A stretch of DNA of 64,000 nucleotides from Candidatus Poribacteria bacterium (GCA_963665235.2 CAXXLX010000001.1:3072001-3136000), one strand, 5' to 3'. Positions 40,601 to 50,251 are shown, counted from the first letter of the stretch. A program made the numbers and translations. Notes: a model not told the origin generated them from the letters alone.

Positions 40601-41536
40601 ATCTTGTACAACAAATGCGTTTACTGTGTCACCCCAGCTCATATTAATCACGTGCGCGCCGTTGTCCGCTGCGTAAACGATAGCAGCAGCGACATCGTCG
40701 TTCTGTAAAAACCCGCCACCCCCGATGACAAACCCTGCTCGTAAAGGCATGAGACGGCATCCCCAGGCGATACCTGCAATTCCGATACCGTTGTTTGCTT
40801 CCGCAGCAATAATGCCGGAGACATGTGACCCGTGTCCTGTTTCATCTTCAGGTGTATTATCGCGTTCTGTCCAATCCCCTTGGCCGGGCAGTGTAGGAGC
40901 ATCGCTAAAATCCCAGCCATTGATATCGTCAATATAGCCGTTCGCATCATCATCAACGCCGTTGTCAGGAATTTCGTCGGGGTTCTGCCAAAGCTGGTCC
41001 CGAAACTCAGCGTGCCCACTCACGATACCGCTATCGACAACTGCCACTGTCACATCTGGTATTCCCTGTTCAATGGACCATACTTTCGGTAGGTTTAGCA
41101 TCTTCAGATTCCACTGTTCAGGGTATCGTGGGTCATTCGGCACAGTTTCATTACAGAACCGGTTGAGCCGATTCAGTTCAGCAGCTTCAATGGTGCTATG
41201 TTGGGCAAACTTCTGCTGCAACGGTTCCAATTTCCAACCTATCGGAAACTGAATGCGGTAGATGCGCCGAAGCTTTGGGTGTCGTCCACCGGGTGTAGAT
41301 GGCGCGAAAACAGGGGAAACGGATTCAGCCCCCAATTTTTTACTCAACGCACGAAGTTGCACAGCAGTCGCAGTGGGGTGTAAACGGACAATGAGTTCCC
41401 CGGGGGTGTAGGTGTACGTCATTTCGGCGAGACTATCTGAATAGGAGGGGGCAAAATCGAGGGGGCGTTCAGCAGCTTCCAGACTAATAGATATGAACAG
41501 CATTAGAAGATAGAGATAGACACTATTTTTCGTCAT
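37637..41536 (-). CDS. Secreted S8 subtilase with FG-GAP/VCBS repeats, FN3/Ig domains and a T9SS-CTD-like tail
   Basis: Catalytic triad VAVVDSG / GHGSHVSG / GTSMAA, many DxDGDG repeats, C-terminal VYPNP...SSGIYIY...GKLSIVR. Confidence 0.92.
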   Translation of the reverse strand: MTKNSVYLYLLMLFISISLEAAERPLDFAPSYSDSLAEMTYTYTPGELIVRLHPTATAVQLRALSKKLGAESVSPVFAPSTPGGRHPKLRRIYRIQFPIGWKLEPLQQKFAQHSTIEAAELNRLNRFCNETVPNDPRYPEQWNLKMLNLPKVWSIEQGIPDVTVAVVDSGIVSGHAEFRDQLWQNPDEIPDNGVDDDANGYIDDINGWDFSDAPTLPGQGDWTERDNTPEDETGHGSHVSGIIAAEANNGIGIAGIAWGCRLMPLRAGFVIGGGGFLQNDDVAAAIVYAADNGAHVINMSWGDTVNAFVVQDAVEYAYHRGCVLVAAAGNSAEAGSYYPAALKTVISVASLEADRQLGGGSNFGASIDIAAPGAGILSIDLKEYKSRPGTSMAAAHVSGVAALLISANPTCANTTVRQALINTAQQLFLTPLVGAGLLDAYAALTEQIALTAYIAVPQIQQDGKIAVFGSAGGNRFVKYWLEFGMSETPALWYPIGIPQTVPKFEAVLHEWDATALAEGIYTLRLSVADGDGKTIRDKVVVPIAHPPPRISKHEASLWFSGNRVDSVVIWQTDVSARGEIEIFPAVEAISHSHRLRVATTESVHRQHIAYLSEVGLPPGEYLYRLTVQNRTGLQQIDDNNGALYPITVQDVYIQPFHLSQVASVAHDLHPIAAAEDMNGNGKLELIDMGTDADGETVLQIFEAYDDSTYKLMDKHVFSPQERLPLARLWGTADTDGDGLLEILGNSSEGTFLLEQPAPGEFPTERIWKTTEIWGGTILDGDADGKPEIFSRYRYNGIDAIGVYEAERDNSYRNTTVLENPTQGKNKIEATRFAIDDFDADGQMEILTGDSDAEIFIYENTGDNRYRHTWVGMLPEGIPVLLAAGDLTGDGTPEFAVGAKVWTTEVDIPRQHWLFTIFTTDGNNSYRAVWQQRIRDLQGGALTIADANNDGQNELCIAAPPNFYLVQYDGVDFHPIWHHPATNTFNIVVADVDNDGANELIFNNENALAVFKDAQQTGPLAPAGISAKPISETSIRLQWQAALGAITYTIHRRHASEMLKPIRKGISETYFVDTGLTTGKTYWYVIESQGLNGEHVGAQSTAVAVVPTPLPRLTSAVYSAPNQLLLQFDKPMSSSAAQPARYRLHRQANGTADNMHENYAPQSAILVHSRRRVVLTFPAGALRHTDSRYQIETLQLSDIYGADIAADASMLAVEFPVQSLSAVSVYPNPARENQVTFSGLPEGTHIRIYDVGGNQVASLVTTAIDRCRKVWHLTDISSGIYIYVLESATGRHVGKLSIVR

Positions 41537-41784
41537 GATTTCCCGTAACCTTCGCAGTTTACCTTAGCGTAGCTCCCAGCTCTTACAAGTGTTTCCTGCA
41601 AAAATTGGATGTCCCTGGCGTAGGTCCTAAAAAACATTTGATTTTACTAAAAAATATGTTATAATATAGTCATTATAATAACATAAGGGTTAGATAAAAT
41701 GCAAAGCGAAACACGAAATCAAGATATCGACAACAAATATCATGTTAGAACGGACACGGTAGTAAACGGACAAGGGACCATCTT

Positions 41785-43422
41785 ATGAGAGCATCGGAAT
41801 TGACTGTAAAATGTCTAGAGAACGAAAAGGTAGATTATATTTTCGGAATACCGGGCGAGGAAAATCTGGATTTAATGGATGCACTGTTGGATTCTAGGAT
41901 TCAATTTATCCAGACGCGCGACGAACGTGGGGCTGCTTTCATGGCGGATGTTTACGGCCGTCTAACAGGTAAGGCAGGCGTGTGTCTCGCTACGCTGGGC
42001 CCCGGGGCGATGAACCTCGTTACGGGGGTTGCAGATGCGAACATGGATAGGGCTCCTATAGTGGCAATCACTGGACAAGCAGGTTTGGATAGGATGCACA
42101 AGGAATCGCATCAATACATAGACGCTGTGTCTGTGTTCAAACCGATGACGAAGTGGAACACGCTTATCCATCTACCGGAGATTATTCCAGAGTCTATCAG
42201 CAAAGCGTTCAAAACAGCAATCGGTGAAAAGCCGGGGGCTACGCACCTCGATTTTCCGGAGGATGTGGCAAAAATGGAAATCAGCGCGGACCCGGTCCCG
42301 CATGACTACCCGAGTGAGGCGGAACCTGTCGCTGCCTGTCTGGAACGCGCTGCACAATTGATTAATGATGCAAGACAACCGATTATCCTCGCCGGAAACG
42401 GGGTCATCCGACAGGATGCGGCACGTATGTTGACCCAATTTGCGGAGATGACGAATATTCCGGTCGCGAACACCTTTATGGGAAAAGGCAGCATTCCGTG
42501 GACCCATCGGCTTTCGCTGTTGAGCGTCGGATTGCAAGCAAACGATTTTGTTTCCTGCGGTTTTGACCGGGCGGACCTCGTTATCGCTGTCGGTTACGAT
42601 ATCGTTGAATACCACCCTCGCCTCTGGAACCCAAATCATGACAAAAAACTGGTACATATTGATACACAACCGAGTGAAACTGATGCCGCTTATGTCACGG
42701 ATGTGGAAATGGTTGGCAATATCAAACAGAGCCTCAAGCATCTGATGGCACAGGAAATTCATCCGAAAGATGCTGACTACGCTTCAAATACACTTCGAAG
42801 AATTATCCTGGACCAACTTGAGATGCACAGAGATGATACCGCATGCCCGATGAAACCGCAAAAGGTCTTGAGCGATGTCCGTTCCGTATTAGATACAGAT
42901 GACATTCTCATCTCCGATGTCGGCGCGCACAAAATGTGGATTGCCCGGATGTATCCGTGTTATCAACCGAATACGTGCATTATTTCCAACGGATTCGCCG
43001 CTATGGGCATTGCAATGCCGGGGGCTTTTGTCGCAAAACTTATCCACCCGGAACGCAACTGTTTGGCAATCTGCGGCGATGGCGGTTTCCTAATGAACTC
43101 ACAGGAGCTGGAAACCGCAATGCGAGTCGGTGTCCCTTATGTCACACTTATTTTTAATGATGAGGCTTATGGCCTCATTGAATGGAAACAGATGAACACC
43201 TTTGGCAGACCCGCACACATTGACTTCACTAATCCGGACTTCGTGAAGTACGCTGAAGCCTTTGGTGCAAAGGGGTATAGGGTACAGGAGAGCAGCGAAT
43301 TGGTGCCGATACTCAAGGATGCGTTCAACCAGAAGGTGCCATCGGTCATCGATTGTCCAGTGAATTACGACGAAAATCTACGATTAACTAACGAGCTTGG
43401 GAAGCTGACATGCCCCATATAG
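41785..43422 (+). CDS. Acetolactate synthase large subunit-like TPP enzyme
   Basis: FGIPGEEN, LATLGPGA, ISNGFAAMG, GDGGFLMN...FND. Confidence 0.9.
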   Translation: MRASELTVKCLENEKVDYIFGIPGEENLDLMDALLDSRIQFIQTRDERGAAFMADVYGRLTGKAGVCLATLGPGAMNLVTGVADANMDRAPIVAITGQAGLDRMHKESHQYIDAVSVFKPMTKWNTLIHLPEIIPESISKAFKTAIGEKPGATHLDFPEDVAKMEISADPVPHDYPSEAEPVAACLERAAQLINDARQPIILAGNGVIRQDAARMLTQFAEMTNIPVANTFMGKGSIPWTHRLSLLSVGLQANDFVSCGFDRADLVIAVGYDIVEYHPRLWNPNHDKKLVHIDTQPSETDAAYVTDVEMVGNIKQSLKHLMAQEIHPKDADYASNTLRRIILDQLEMHRDDTACPMKPQKVLSDVRSVLDTDDILISDVGAHKMWIARMYPCYQPNTCIISNGFAAMGIAMPGAFVAKLIHPERNCLAICGDGGFLMNSQELETAMRVGVPYVTLIFNDEAYGLIEWKQMNTFGRPAHIDFTNPDFVKYAEAFGAKGYRVQESSELVPILKDAFNQKVPSVIDCPVNYDENLRLTNELGKLTCPI

Positions 43423-43507
43423 AAAAAGAACGCATAGCGTGTTTACTGCAAACGGAGCGGGGCAGAAAATGTGGTACGCGCTATGCAAATTAGAAAGGAA
43501 GTAAACA

Positions 43508-44548
43508 GTGACAGTTCCAACAATTGAGTGGGTAGATGGCAGGATTCAAATGATTGACCAAACGCTGCTGCCCAACGAATTCAAACAAATTTATTGTGAT
43601 GACCTCCCCTCGGTCTGGGAGGCGATTAAATCTTTGCGTGTCAGGGGCGCGCCCGCAATTGGCATAGCCGCTGCATTAGGCGCGGTCCTAGGGATTTGGG
43701 AGTCAACTGCCGAAACGTACGAAACGTTTGCAGCGGAACTCAAATCTGCTACGGATTACCTGGCCACCTCACGCCCAACAGCCGTTAATCTCTTTTGGGC
43801 ATTAGATAGGGTAAGCCGAACCGCCGAGGAAAACCGACACCTTCAAATACCCGCACTCAAAGAGAGATTGCTCGCTGAAGCGTTGGAGATTATAGAGGAG
43901 GATAGAGCGATGTGCCGTGCCATCGGGAAACACGGGATGGCACTCTTAAATGAAAACGATGCAATTTTAACCCATTGCAACGCTGGCGGATTGGCAACGT
44001 CCGACTACGGCACAGCGTTAGCCGTAATGTTCAGCGCGCATGAAGCTGGCAAAAATATTCAGGTTTACGCTGATGAAACCCGCCCGCTGTTGCAAGGCGC
44101 ACGGCTTACCACCTGGGAATTGATGCAGGCCGGTATTGACGTAACGCTTATCTGCGATAACATGGCAGCGCAGGTCATGAAGGAGGGAAAAATCCAATGC
44201 GTTATCGTCGGTGCGGACCGCATCGCAGCGAACGGTGACACCGCAAACAAAATTGGCACCTATAACGTGGCTATTTTGGCGGATGCACACGGCATACCCT
44301 TTTATGTTGCTGCACCGACCTCAACGTTGGACTACGCGCTTGAGACAGGGGCAGAGATTCCGATTGAGCAACGCGCAGCAGAAGAGGTAACCGAGGGATT
44401 CGGAAAATTGACTGCCCCTGAAGGTGTAAAGGTCTATAGTCCGGCATTTGATGTCACGCCGGCAGCATTGGTCACGGCAATTATTACCGAAAAAGGGGTG
44501 GCACACCCGCCCTATACAGCAAGCTTGAAGGCTTTTCAGACAGAATAG
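43508..44548 (+). CDS. mtnA: S-methyl-5-thioribose-1-phosphate isomerase
   Basis: VRGAPAIG, RPTAVNL, THCNAGGLAT, DETRPLLQGARLT, GADRIAANGDTANKIGT, PAFDVTP. Confidence 0.96.
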   Translation: MTVPTIEWVDGRIQMIDQTLLPNEFKQIYCDDLPSVWEAIKSLRVRGAPAIGIAAALGAVLGIWESTAETYETFAAELKSATDYLATSRPTAVNLFWALDRVSRTAEENRHLQIPALKERLLAEALEIIEEDRAMCRAIGKHGMALLNENDAILTHCNAGGLATSDYGTALAVMFSAHEAGKNIQVYADETRPLLQGARLTTWELMQAGIDVTLICDNMAAQVMKEGKIQCVIVGADRIAANGDTANKIGTYNVAILADAHGIPFYVAAPTSTLDYALETGAEIPIEQRAAEEVTEGFGKLTAPEGVKVYSPAFDVTPAALVTAIITEKGVAHPPYTASLKAFQTE

Positions 44549-44560
44549 CTAAAAACCGTA

Positions 44561-45844
44561 TCACGCTGCCTTTTCAATATTTGCGCGGGTCCCCTCGACA
44601 TCAAAACAGGCGTATTGATTGGTCCGCATAATTTGCGTAGCAAACGCCATTGCCTGCTTTTCTGTGAAATACCCGTCCTCGATTTCTGCCTCAAGGGCGC
44701 GGCGGATTTCGTTCCGCGCTTGTATAGAGTATGCCATCGCACTTGTCGGCCACCCGGTGTCCCCACCGAAGGCAAACAGCTTATTTGAGGGCACTGCATG
44801 GATGCATCGGCGTAAGAAATCGCGTGAACTGTATGGGTCGATGCTCCATGCCCAGCAGAAATCAACCCAGATGTTGCGGTAGTGCTTGGCAAGAGCGACC
44901 AGTTCATCGTTATACGGGTAGGCGATGTGCATGAGTACAAACTTCGCGTCAAGATATCGCGCGAATAAAGCACACATATTCCCCGCTGGGATGCGGCTGA
45001 CAGGCATTCGGTCGTTGCCTGCGTAGTAGCCGGTATGAATTTTGAACGGGAGATTGTGTTCAATAGTCAGTTCAACCCCGCGTGCCCAGCACCAATCGCC
45101 GAGGCAGAGGCGCGTGGATTCATCTGCGGATTTTGTGAGCACAGCATCTAGCGCAGTAGCAGCATCGGCATCGGTTCGTTCGCTCCAGTCGAGCGTTCGG
45201 TTATAGGCATGCTGCGATTTTACGGCGATAGCACACGGTGCATGCTTCGCGAAAATTGCCGACAATGCGTTTTTCAAGGAGGCGAGGTCTTTAACTTCAA
45301 CACCGGTTTCCGCATGAATAGCACTCGGGTCAATTTGCCCGTTGCAGAAGGTTGCCCACGACAGGTCATAGAGGAAAAAATCTAATCCTGATGGGTCAGG
45401 CGGACAGGGCCAGCTGAAATCATCGGTTTGGATATGGTCGAGATTTGCAAGGTCGTGTAAGATATGATAACGTTTGCCTGGGGTGCGAAGCGTCTGCACC
45501 TTACCTTGTGCCTCAGCGAGCGCGTCCCCAGTTAGTTCATCAAGACCGTAGATATGTTTCGCGATGAGGCGTACAGCTTCGCCGTATCCTGTAAATTGCG
45601 TTGCTTCCCACGCCTCGCGAATTCCTTCGAATCGGTCTTTGATATCACGGGATGCGTCCATCAAATTTTTCATCGACTCCGGCGTGGCCCCGGCGGTGTT
45701 AAGGTCGGCTGGGACATAGTTTCCGAATAAATCTTGAAGGATATCGGGTCCGTTTTCGACCCAATCATTTTCTCTCCGCATGTGTTCATGCGTATCAACT
45801 AAGCGGATAGATTGAATATGATGTGTTAAATCTGTAGTTTCCAT
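44561..45844 (-). CDS. Amidohydrolase-family protein
   Basis: LVDTHEH, KIHTG, VLMHIAYP, FGGD. Confidence 0.85.
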   Translation of the reverse strand: METTDLTHHIQSIRLVDTHEHMRRENDWVENGPDILQDLFGNYVPADLNTAGATPESMKNLMDASRDIKDRFEGIREAWEATQFTGYGEAVRLIAKHIYGLDELTGDALAEAQGKVQTLRTPGKRYHILHDLANLDHIQTDDFSWPCPPDPSGLDFFLYDLSWATFCNGQIDPSAIHAETGVEVKDLASLKNALSAIFAKHAPCAIAVKSQHAYNRTLDWSERTDADAATALDAVLTKSADESTRLCLGDWCWARGVELTIEHNLPFKIHTGYYAGNDRMPVSRIPAGNMCALFARYLDAKFVLMHIAYPYNDELVALAKHYRNIWVDFCWAWSIDPYSSRDFLRRCIHAVPSNKLFAFGGDTGWPTSAMAYSIQARNEIRRALEAEIEDGYFTEKQAMAFATQIMRTNQYACFDVEGTRANIEKAA

Positions 45845-45896
45845 GAAAATTCTCCTTCTTAAAAACGAAATCGGTCTGGTCTAGTAAATTTTGTAC

Positions 45897-46041
45897 TTGA
45901 CAAATATATCAAATCATGATGTAATATATAGTGTCTTGACGAGCTAGCTACCTTTTTCGCGAGATTGAGTGTGATATTTCGCAATGTGTTTGCAGCAAAA
46001 CATCTGCGTTCCATTATACAGAAAAAGTGTTTTTGTGTCAA
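45897..46041. promoter_or_regulatory. Face-to-face sigma70 promoters
   Basis: Plus strand TTGACA-17-TGTAAT (45897-45925). Minus strand perfect TTGACA-17-TATAAT (46041-46013). Confidence 0.65.
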
Positions 46042-46189
46042 GAGAAACCTCCAATTTTCCAATTTGGCCGCGAGGCATATTCTCGTTGCTTTTCTGGAAG
46101 TATGCATTCTCCGAATGCTGGAAGCAACAGGAAAGCAACGCGTGCGACAACTTACTGAAACGAACGGAGGAAAACCACAGGAGCAGATA

Positions 46190-47110
46190 ATGCCTACAGG
46201 ACGGATTAAGTACTACAATTCGGATAAAGGGTTCGGCTTCATTGCACAAGATAGCAATGAAGAGGATGTCTTTTTACACAATTCCGCGATTAAACACGCG
46301 GAATACGAGGAGCTTCGCGTCGGTCAACGCGTTAAGTATAACGTCGTTGAAGGCGAGAAGGGCCTCGTTGCTAAAAACGTCGAAGTGTTGCTGACCTCAA
46401 CGGAACGGAGATGGCTGCGCCAAGGGAAAACGATTATACCCCGCGGCTACTCCGGATTTCCAGCCCAAAATCAGGAACAGCTTTTCAATGAAAATGAACC
46501 GTTGGTTGATAAAACCGACCCAGAGAACAGGACACCCGCACTCAAAACCACGTCACCCCCCGGAGATAAGCCCCCGCAAACCGATTCCCCTACATCCCAG
46601 ACTGAACCGATAGTAGAAGGTAAAGAGCAAACCTCCAAACGGTTGAGCTTCGGTGACCTGTATATCCTCAAACAGATCAATTTTGAGACCCCGATGTTTT
46701 TTGCATTGTATAACCACGAGCAAGTGCCTGCTACGGTATTAGAGATGACGCTCTCTACTTTTACGCTTAATTGCAGCGGAAAGGAGCAGGTCATTGCGAA
46801 AACGGACATAAAATATTGCTATAAAGACATCGACGCAGAGAACTTACGCGCACTGCTACGTTACAATGAAGAGGTCAAGGCGCGACAACTCAAAGCGACA
46901 GCTGCTCCCGAAGATGTCTATACGCTCGATGCTGAAACGGCTCAACACGCCCGAAAAGATGGAAATTCAATCAGGGTCACCCTCAGGGAGGGCGAAATCT
47001 TCCAAGGCACAGTTGACTGGATTAGTCCTTACGAGATTAAGATGGTCCTGGAAAACGGTTCTAAGGTTGTCGTGTTTCGGCACGCCCTCCACAATTTTGG
47101 AGTAGTATAA
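46190..47110 (+). CDS. Cold-shock domain protein fused to two Hfq/Sm-like domains
   Basis: CSD RNP1 KGFGFI and RNP2 VFLH, a P/T/E-rich linker, and two Sm-like repeats ending QVIAKTDI and VVVFRHAL. AGGAG RBS before ATG 46190. Confidence 0.8.
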   Translation: MPTGRIKYYNSDKGFGFIAQDSNEEDVFLHNSAIKHAEYEELRVGQRVKYNVVEGEKGLVAKNVEVLLTSTERRWLRQGKTIIPRGYSGFPAQNQEQLFNENEPLVDKTDPENRTPALKTTSPPGDKPPQTDSPTSQTEPIVEGKEQTSKRLSFGDLYILKQINFETPMFFALYNHEQVPATVLEMTLSTFTLNCSGKEQVIAKTDIKYCYKDIDAENLRALLRYNEEVKARQLKATAAPEDVYTLDAETAQHARKDGNSIRVTLREGEIFQGTVDWISPYEIKMVLENGSKVVVFRHALHNFGVV

Positions 47111-47111
47111 A

Positions 47112-47705
47112 ATGGCAACACATTCAGAACAGGTAATGGCTGCTTACAACGGACTCGTCGCTGAAATAACAAGAGATGTGCGCCGGTTGCGTGAAGAATA
47201 CGGACGTTTGCCGTGTCCGACAGATTGCTTTAAGTGCTGTCGCAATACGGCGACAATGCCCATAAGTGAAGTCGAAGCGCGCGACCTAAAGCGCGGTTTA
47301 GACGCTCTTCCGCAGCAGATACGCCGTCATATTCGTAAAAAGGCGGACCGGACAATTGCTGTCCTACAAGCAGCTGGGCATTCACAAGAAAAGATGGTCC
47401 AGGATGCAGGTATGGAGGCTATCCAGCTTGTCAAAGGGAAACCGGTCGGCGAGTGTCCGATGCTTATCGGGGGTGTTTGCAGTGTCTATGAACATCGTCC
47501 GGTGATATGCCGCGTGTGGGGTTATCCCATCGATAACGGCAATGAACTCAGCTGTTGTCATAAAACTTTCATCGGGCAACGGCAAAAGTTTAAACCGATA
47601 GATTACAGCGGGTATTGGCGGCGGTGTAAGACACTTAGCGAAGCACTAGGCGCGACCCAAAAAACACCGAACTGTTATCTCGTTTCGCGGCTGATAGAGA
47701 CATAG
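47112..47705 (+). CDS. YkgJ-family cysteine-cluster protein
   Basis: CPTDCFKCC, CPML, CSVYEHRPVICR. Confidence 0.88.
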   Translation: MATHSEQVMAAYNGLVAEITRDVRRLREEYGRLPCPTDCFKCCRNTATMPISEVEARDLKRGLDALPQQIRRHIRKKADRTIAVLQAAGHSQEKMVQDAGMEAIQLVKGKPVGECPMLIGGVCSVYEHRPVICRVWGYPIDNGNELSCCHKTFIGQRQKFKPIDYSGYWRRCKTLSEALGATQKTPNCYLVSRLIET

Positions 47706-47750
47706 CTCCAACATGCTATGCAATGGATGCATGTGGCAACATCTGAACAG

Positions 47751-48065
47751 CTAAATATCTTCTGACGCGTTGAACTCGCGCAAAAAGGTGAAGGTATAAA
47801 TTCCGGTACGGTGCCCATCGCTCCAGAGAAGCCGAATCGCATAGCGGCCAACGCGCTGAATATCTACGATGTGCAGCTTCTCCCAAAACTCTTCAGTCGG
47901 TAACACCCGAAGCAGATCAGCGTTTTGTCGTTCCGCGTCGCACCGCGCGCACGGGCAGTTTTGCCGAAGAAGGCGGTAGGCGTGTTCACTCCGATGCCCA
48001 TCTTTCCATTGAATAGCGAGACTATTCGGCAAACGTTTGATTTCGGTAGGTTGTACATTCAGCAT
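47751..48065 (-). CDS. DUF971 / GBBH-like N-terminal domain protein
   Basis: WKDGH, LRQNCPCARC, VGRYAI, WSDGHRTGIY. Confidence 0.88.
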   Translation of the reverse strand: MLNVQPTEIKRLPNSLAIQWKDGHRSEHAYRLLRQNCPCARCDAERQNADLLRVLPTEEFWEKLHIVDIQRVGRYAIRLLWSDGHRTGIYTFTFLREFNASEDI

Positions 48066-48144
48066 TTGAAGTCAAACGGGGTGTCAATCTTCAGCATCCG
48101 CATCGGGTGTCTCCAATTAACACAAACCCGTTTGTCCTCGTTGG

Positions 48145-48408
48145 TTACAGGAAGTAATCCGCGTTGATTTGTGTGAAATGTTCCCATTCATCCGGGACAT
48201 CTTCCTCCATGAAGATAGCCTCAACGGGGCATTCCGGTTCACATACCCCACAATCAATACATTCCTCCGGATCGATAAAGAGTTGATTGACCTCTTCATA
48301 TTCATCGGCTGCATCCGTCGGATGTGGGTGAATGCAATCCACGGGGCATACATCAACACACGCGTTATCTTTAACATCAATACAAGGTTCACAAATTACA
48401 TACGTCAC
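48145..48408 (-). CDS. Dicluster ferredoxin (FdxA-like)
   Basis: CEPCIDVKDNACVDVCPVDCI and ECIDCGVCEPECPV. Confidence 0.93.
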   Translation of the reverse strand: MTYVICEPCIDVKDNACVDVCPVDCIHPHPTDAADEYEEVNQLFIDPEECIDCGVCEPECPVEAIFMEEDVPDEWEHFTQINADYFL

Positions 48409-48615
48409 TGAAAAAATCCTCCTTTTTGTTAAAATTCAGCTATAGGTTTTCCGCTTGCATTCCGTTATAATAATACCATGTAGAATCCGGTTTGTCAAGT
48501 ACTATTTTAAAATTTACCACAACCAATACTTGACAACAAAATGTTTGTATCAGATAGTAAAATCCGCAAATATGTGAGCAAGCTGTGAGAAGTTGTATCA
48601 TTGCTGGGTTTTCTC

Positions 48616-49020
48616 TCATGAAAACGCAGCAAGAAAGTCTGCGGCTGTTAGGATCTGGATGTTCTGATAGTTTCCAAGTACTAGGAGATGGCGGTCCCCA
48701 GTAACAATATGAGTTGCTGCCCCTGCAACAGCACACTCAATGATTTTATTGTCGTCCGGATCCGCATCAACAACGTTGAGCGTGTTCCTAATCGTAACCA
48801 GTCGCATGAAATCAAGGAAGAACGCAATCCTATCTCTCGTTTGGATTGATGAGAAATTGAGCTTGGCAGAAAGTTTTTTTGCCAATTCATCTAAAATTTC
48901 TGCACAAGTCACTGCTTCAACACTGCCTCGTCGTGCTAGCTCAAGACAGTGATAGGGGGTTCCTCGCCAACCGGTCCCGGAGAAAAGGATATTTGTATCA
49001 AAAACAACTATTGGGTACAT
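48616..49020 (-). CDS. PIN-domain toxin
   Basis: VVFDTNIL, ILDEL, DPDDNKIIECA, IVTGDRHLL. Confidence 0.9.
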   Translation of the reverse strand: MYPIVVFDTNILFSGTGWRGTPYHCLELARRGSVEAVTCAEILDELAKKLSAKLNFSSIQTRDRIAFFLDFMRLVTIRNTLNVVDADPDDNKIIECAVAGAATHIVTGDRHLLVLGNYQNIQILTAADFLAAFS

Positions 49021-49247
49021 TCGCGGTCTTCATGAATGAGGTCGTCAACAAAACGTTCACGCTCTTCCTCGTTCATCGCGTCCCAATCTAAACCTCGTGA
49101 GACACATAACTTCCGGAGCTGTGCTTCGGCATAGTCCATAAGTGCTGCTTGTTTAGGGTCTAATTTATTTGAATCGGCACGCGCGACTGCCTGCCCATTT
49201 TCAGGCAGGAGTTCTTGATTGCTTGTTGAGCCGACAGTTAAACTCAT
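49008..49247 (-). CDS. Small putative antitoxin
   Basis: About 80 aa, GGAGG RBS, overlaps the PIN gene start, acidic C-terminus RGLDWDAMNEEERERFVDDLIHED. Confidence 0.65.
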   Translation of the reverse strand: MSLTVGSTSNQELLPENGQAVARADSNKLDPKQAALMDYAEAQLRKLCVSRGLDWDAMNEEERERFVDDLIHEDRECTQ

Positions 49248-49447
49248 CTCATTTTCCTCCTTCGTGAACCCGGTATCTTGTGTGAGCAGGTTTCCAAGAG
49301 ACCAGAAGTGCACTCCTAATTATCTTACTGCAATTATACATTGTCGCGTTGTATTCGTCAATTGCTTTCAGCGACTTTTAAAATTTCTGTGATTTTGACG
49401 CAATTAAATTCCGTACCAGCGGTCAAATGACGTTGTAGAATTTTGTC

Positions 49448-50251
49448 CTATTCCACGGCTACAATTGAAATCTTCCACCGGTCGGCTTGTTGGCAGAGGC
49501 GCGGCGAGTCCATAACAAAGGTCCGTTTTGCTTCAACGGCTAACACGCTATTTTTGGCAGAACGCAGCGTCTCGAGCGTTTGCATGCCGACTGTCGGAAC
49601 GTCAATCCGGAAGTCGTGGTGTTCCGCCGCAGCTTTCACGACTACAACGCCTTTGCCGCCCAGGGCAACGCCTCTCTGAATCGTAGCATCTGTCCCCTCA
49701 ACCGCCTCAATTGCAAGGATAACCTGATTTTTAATGACAACGGTTTGCCCGATATCCAAATTCGCCATTTGGCGAGCGACGGTTAGACCGCGTTCTATAT
49801 CTCCCCATTGTGCAGCGTTCGGTTCGCGCTCCGTTAAAACCCCCGGTTCAGGAAGCAGATGTCCAAGGAAATGGTCCTGCGTTAAGATAGAAATGCCCGC
49901 AGCTTGAAAGTGGTCAAGAATAGATGAAATCAGGGAGGCTGTTTTTTCCCGGCGATGTCGTGCCAAAAGCTTGAGGGCAGTCGCATCAAATTGGAACGGA
50001 CGTAACAGGATACTCCGCTCAACTTTACCGATAATGACAAGCTCCTTGACGTTTAAATCGAGAAGCGTTTGCGTGACCTTCTGAATTTGGCCGACCCCGT
50101 AGGCGTGCATCTCACACGGAATGCCAACGAAACGCTCGGCATCGCCTTTGGTAATTTGGATAATAACCAGGTCTCGCCCCTGTGCAATAGCTGCGCGTGC
50201 TACGAAAACAGGGAGCTCACCTGCTCCCGCGATGATGCCAAGTTTTTCCAC
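49448..50251 (-). CDS. lpxI: UDP-2,3-diacylglucosamine diphosphatase LpxI
   Basis: LGIIAGAGELP, DIGQTVV, AIEAVEGTD, DFRIDVPTVG. Confidence 0.9.
   Translation of the reverse strand: MEKLGIIAGAGELPVFVARAAIAQGRDLVIIQITKGDAERFVGIPCEMHAYGVGQIQKVTQTLLDLNVKELVIIGKVERSILLRPFQFDATALKLLARHRREKTASLISSILDHFQAAGISILTQDHFLGHLLPEPGVLTEREPNAAQWGDIERGLTVARQMANLDIGQTVVIKNQVILAIEAVEGTDATIQRGVALGGKGVVVVKAAAEHHDFRIDVPTVGMQTLETLRSAKNSVLAVEAKRTFVMDSPRLCQQADRWKISIVAVE

Noticed and set aside
45930-46050. 6S RNA
   Set aside because: It is a hairpin but too short, lacks a clear central bubble, and is better explained as a leader plus an opposing promoter.
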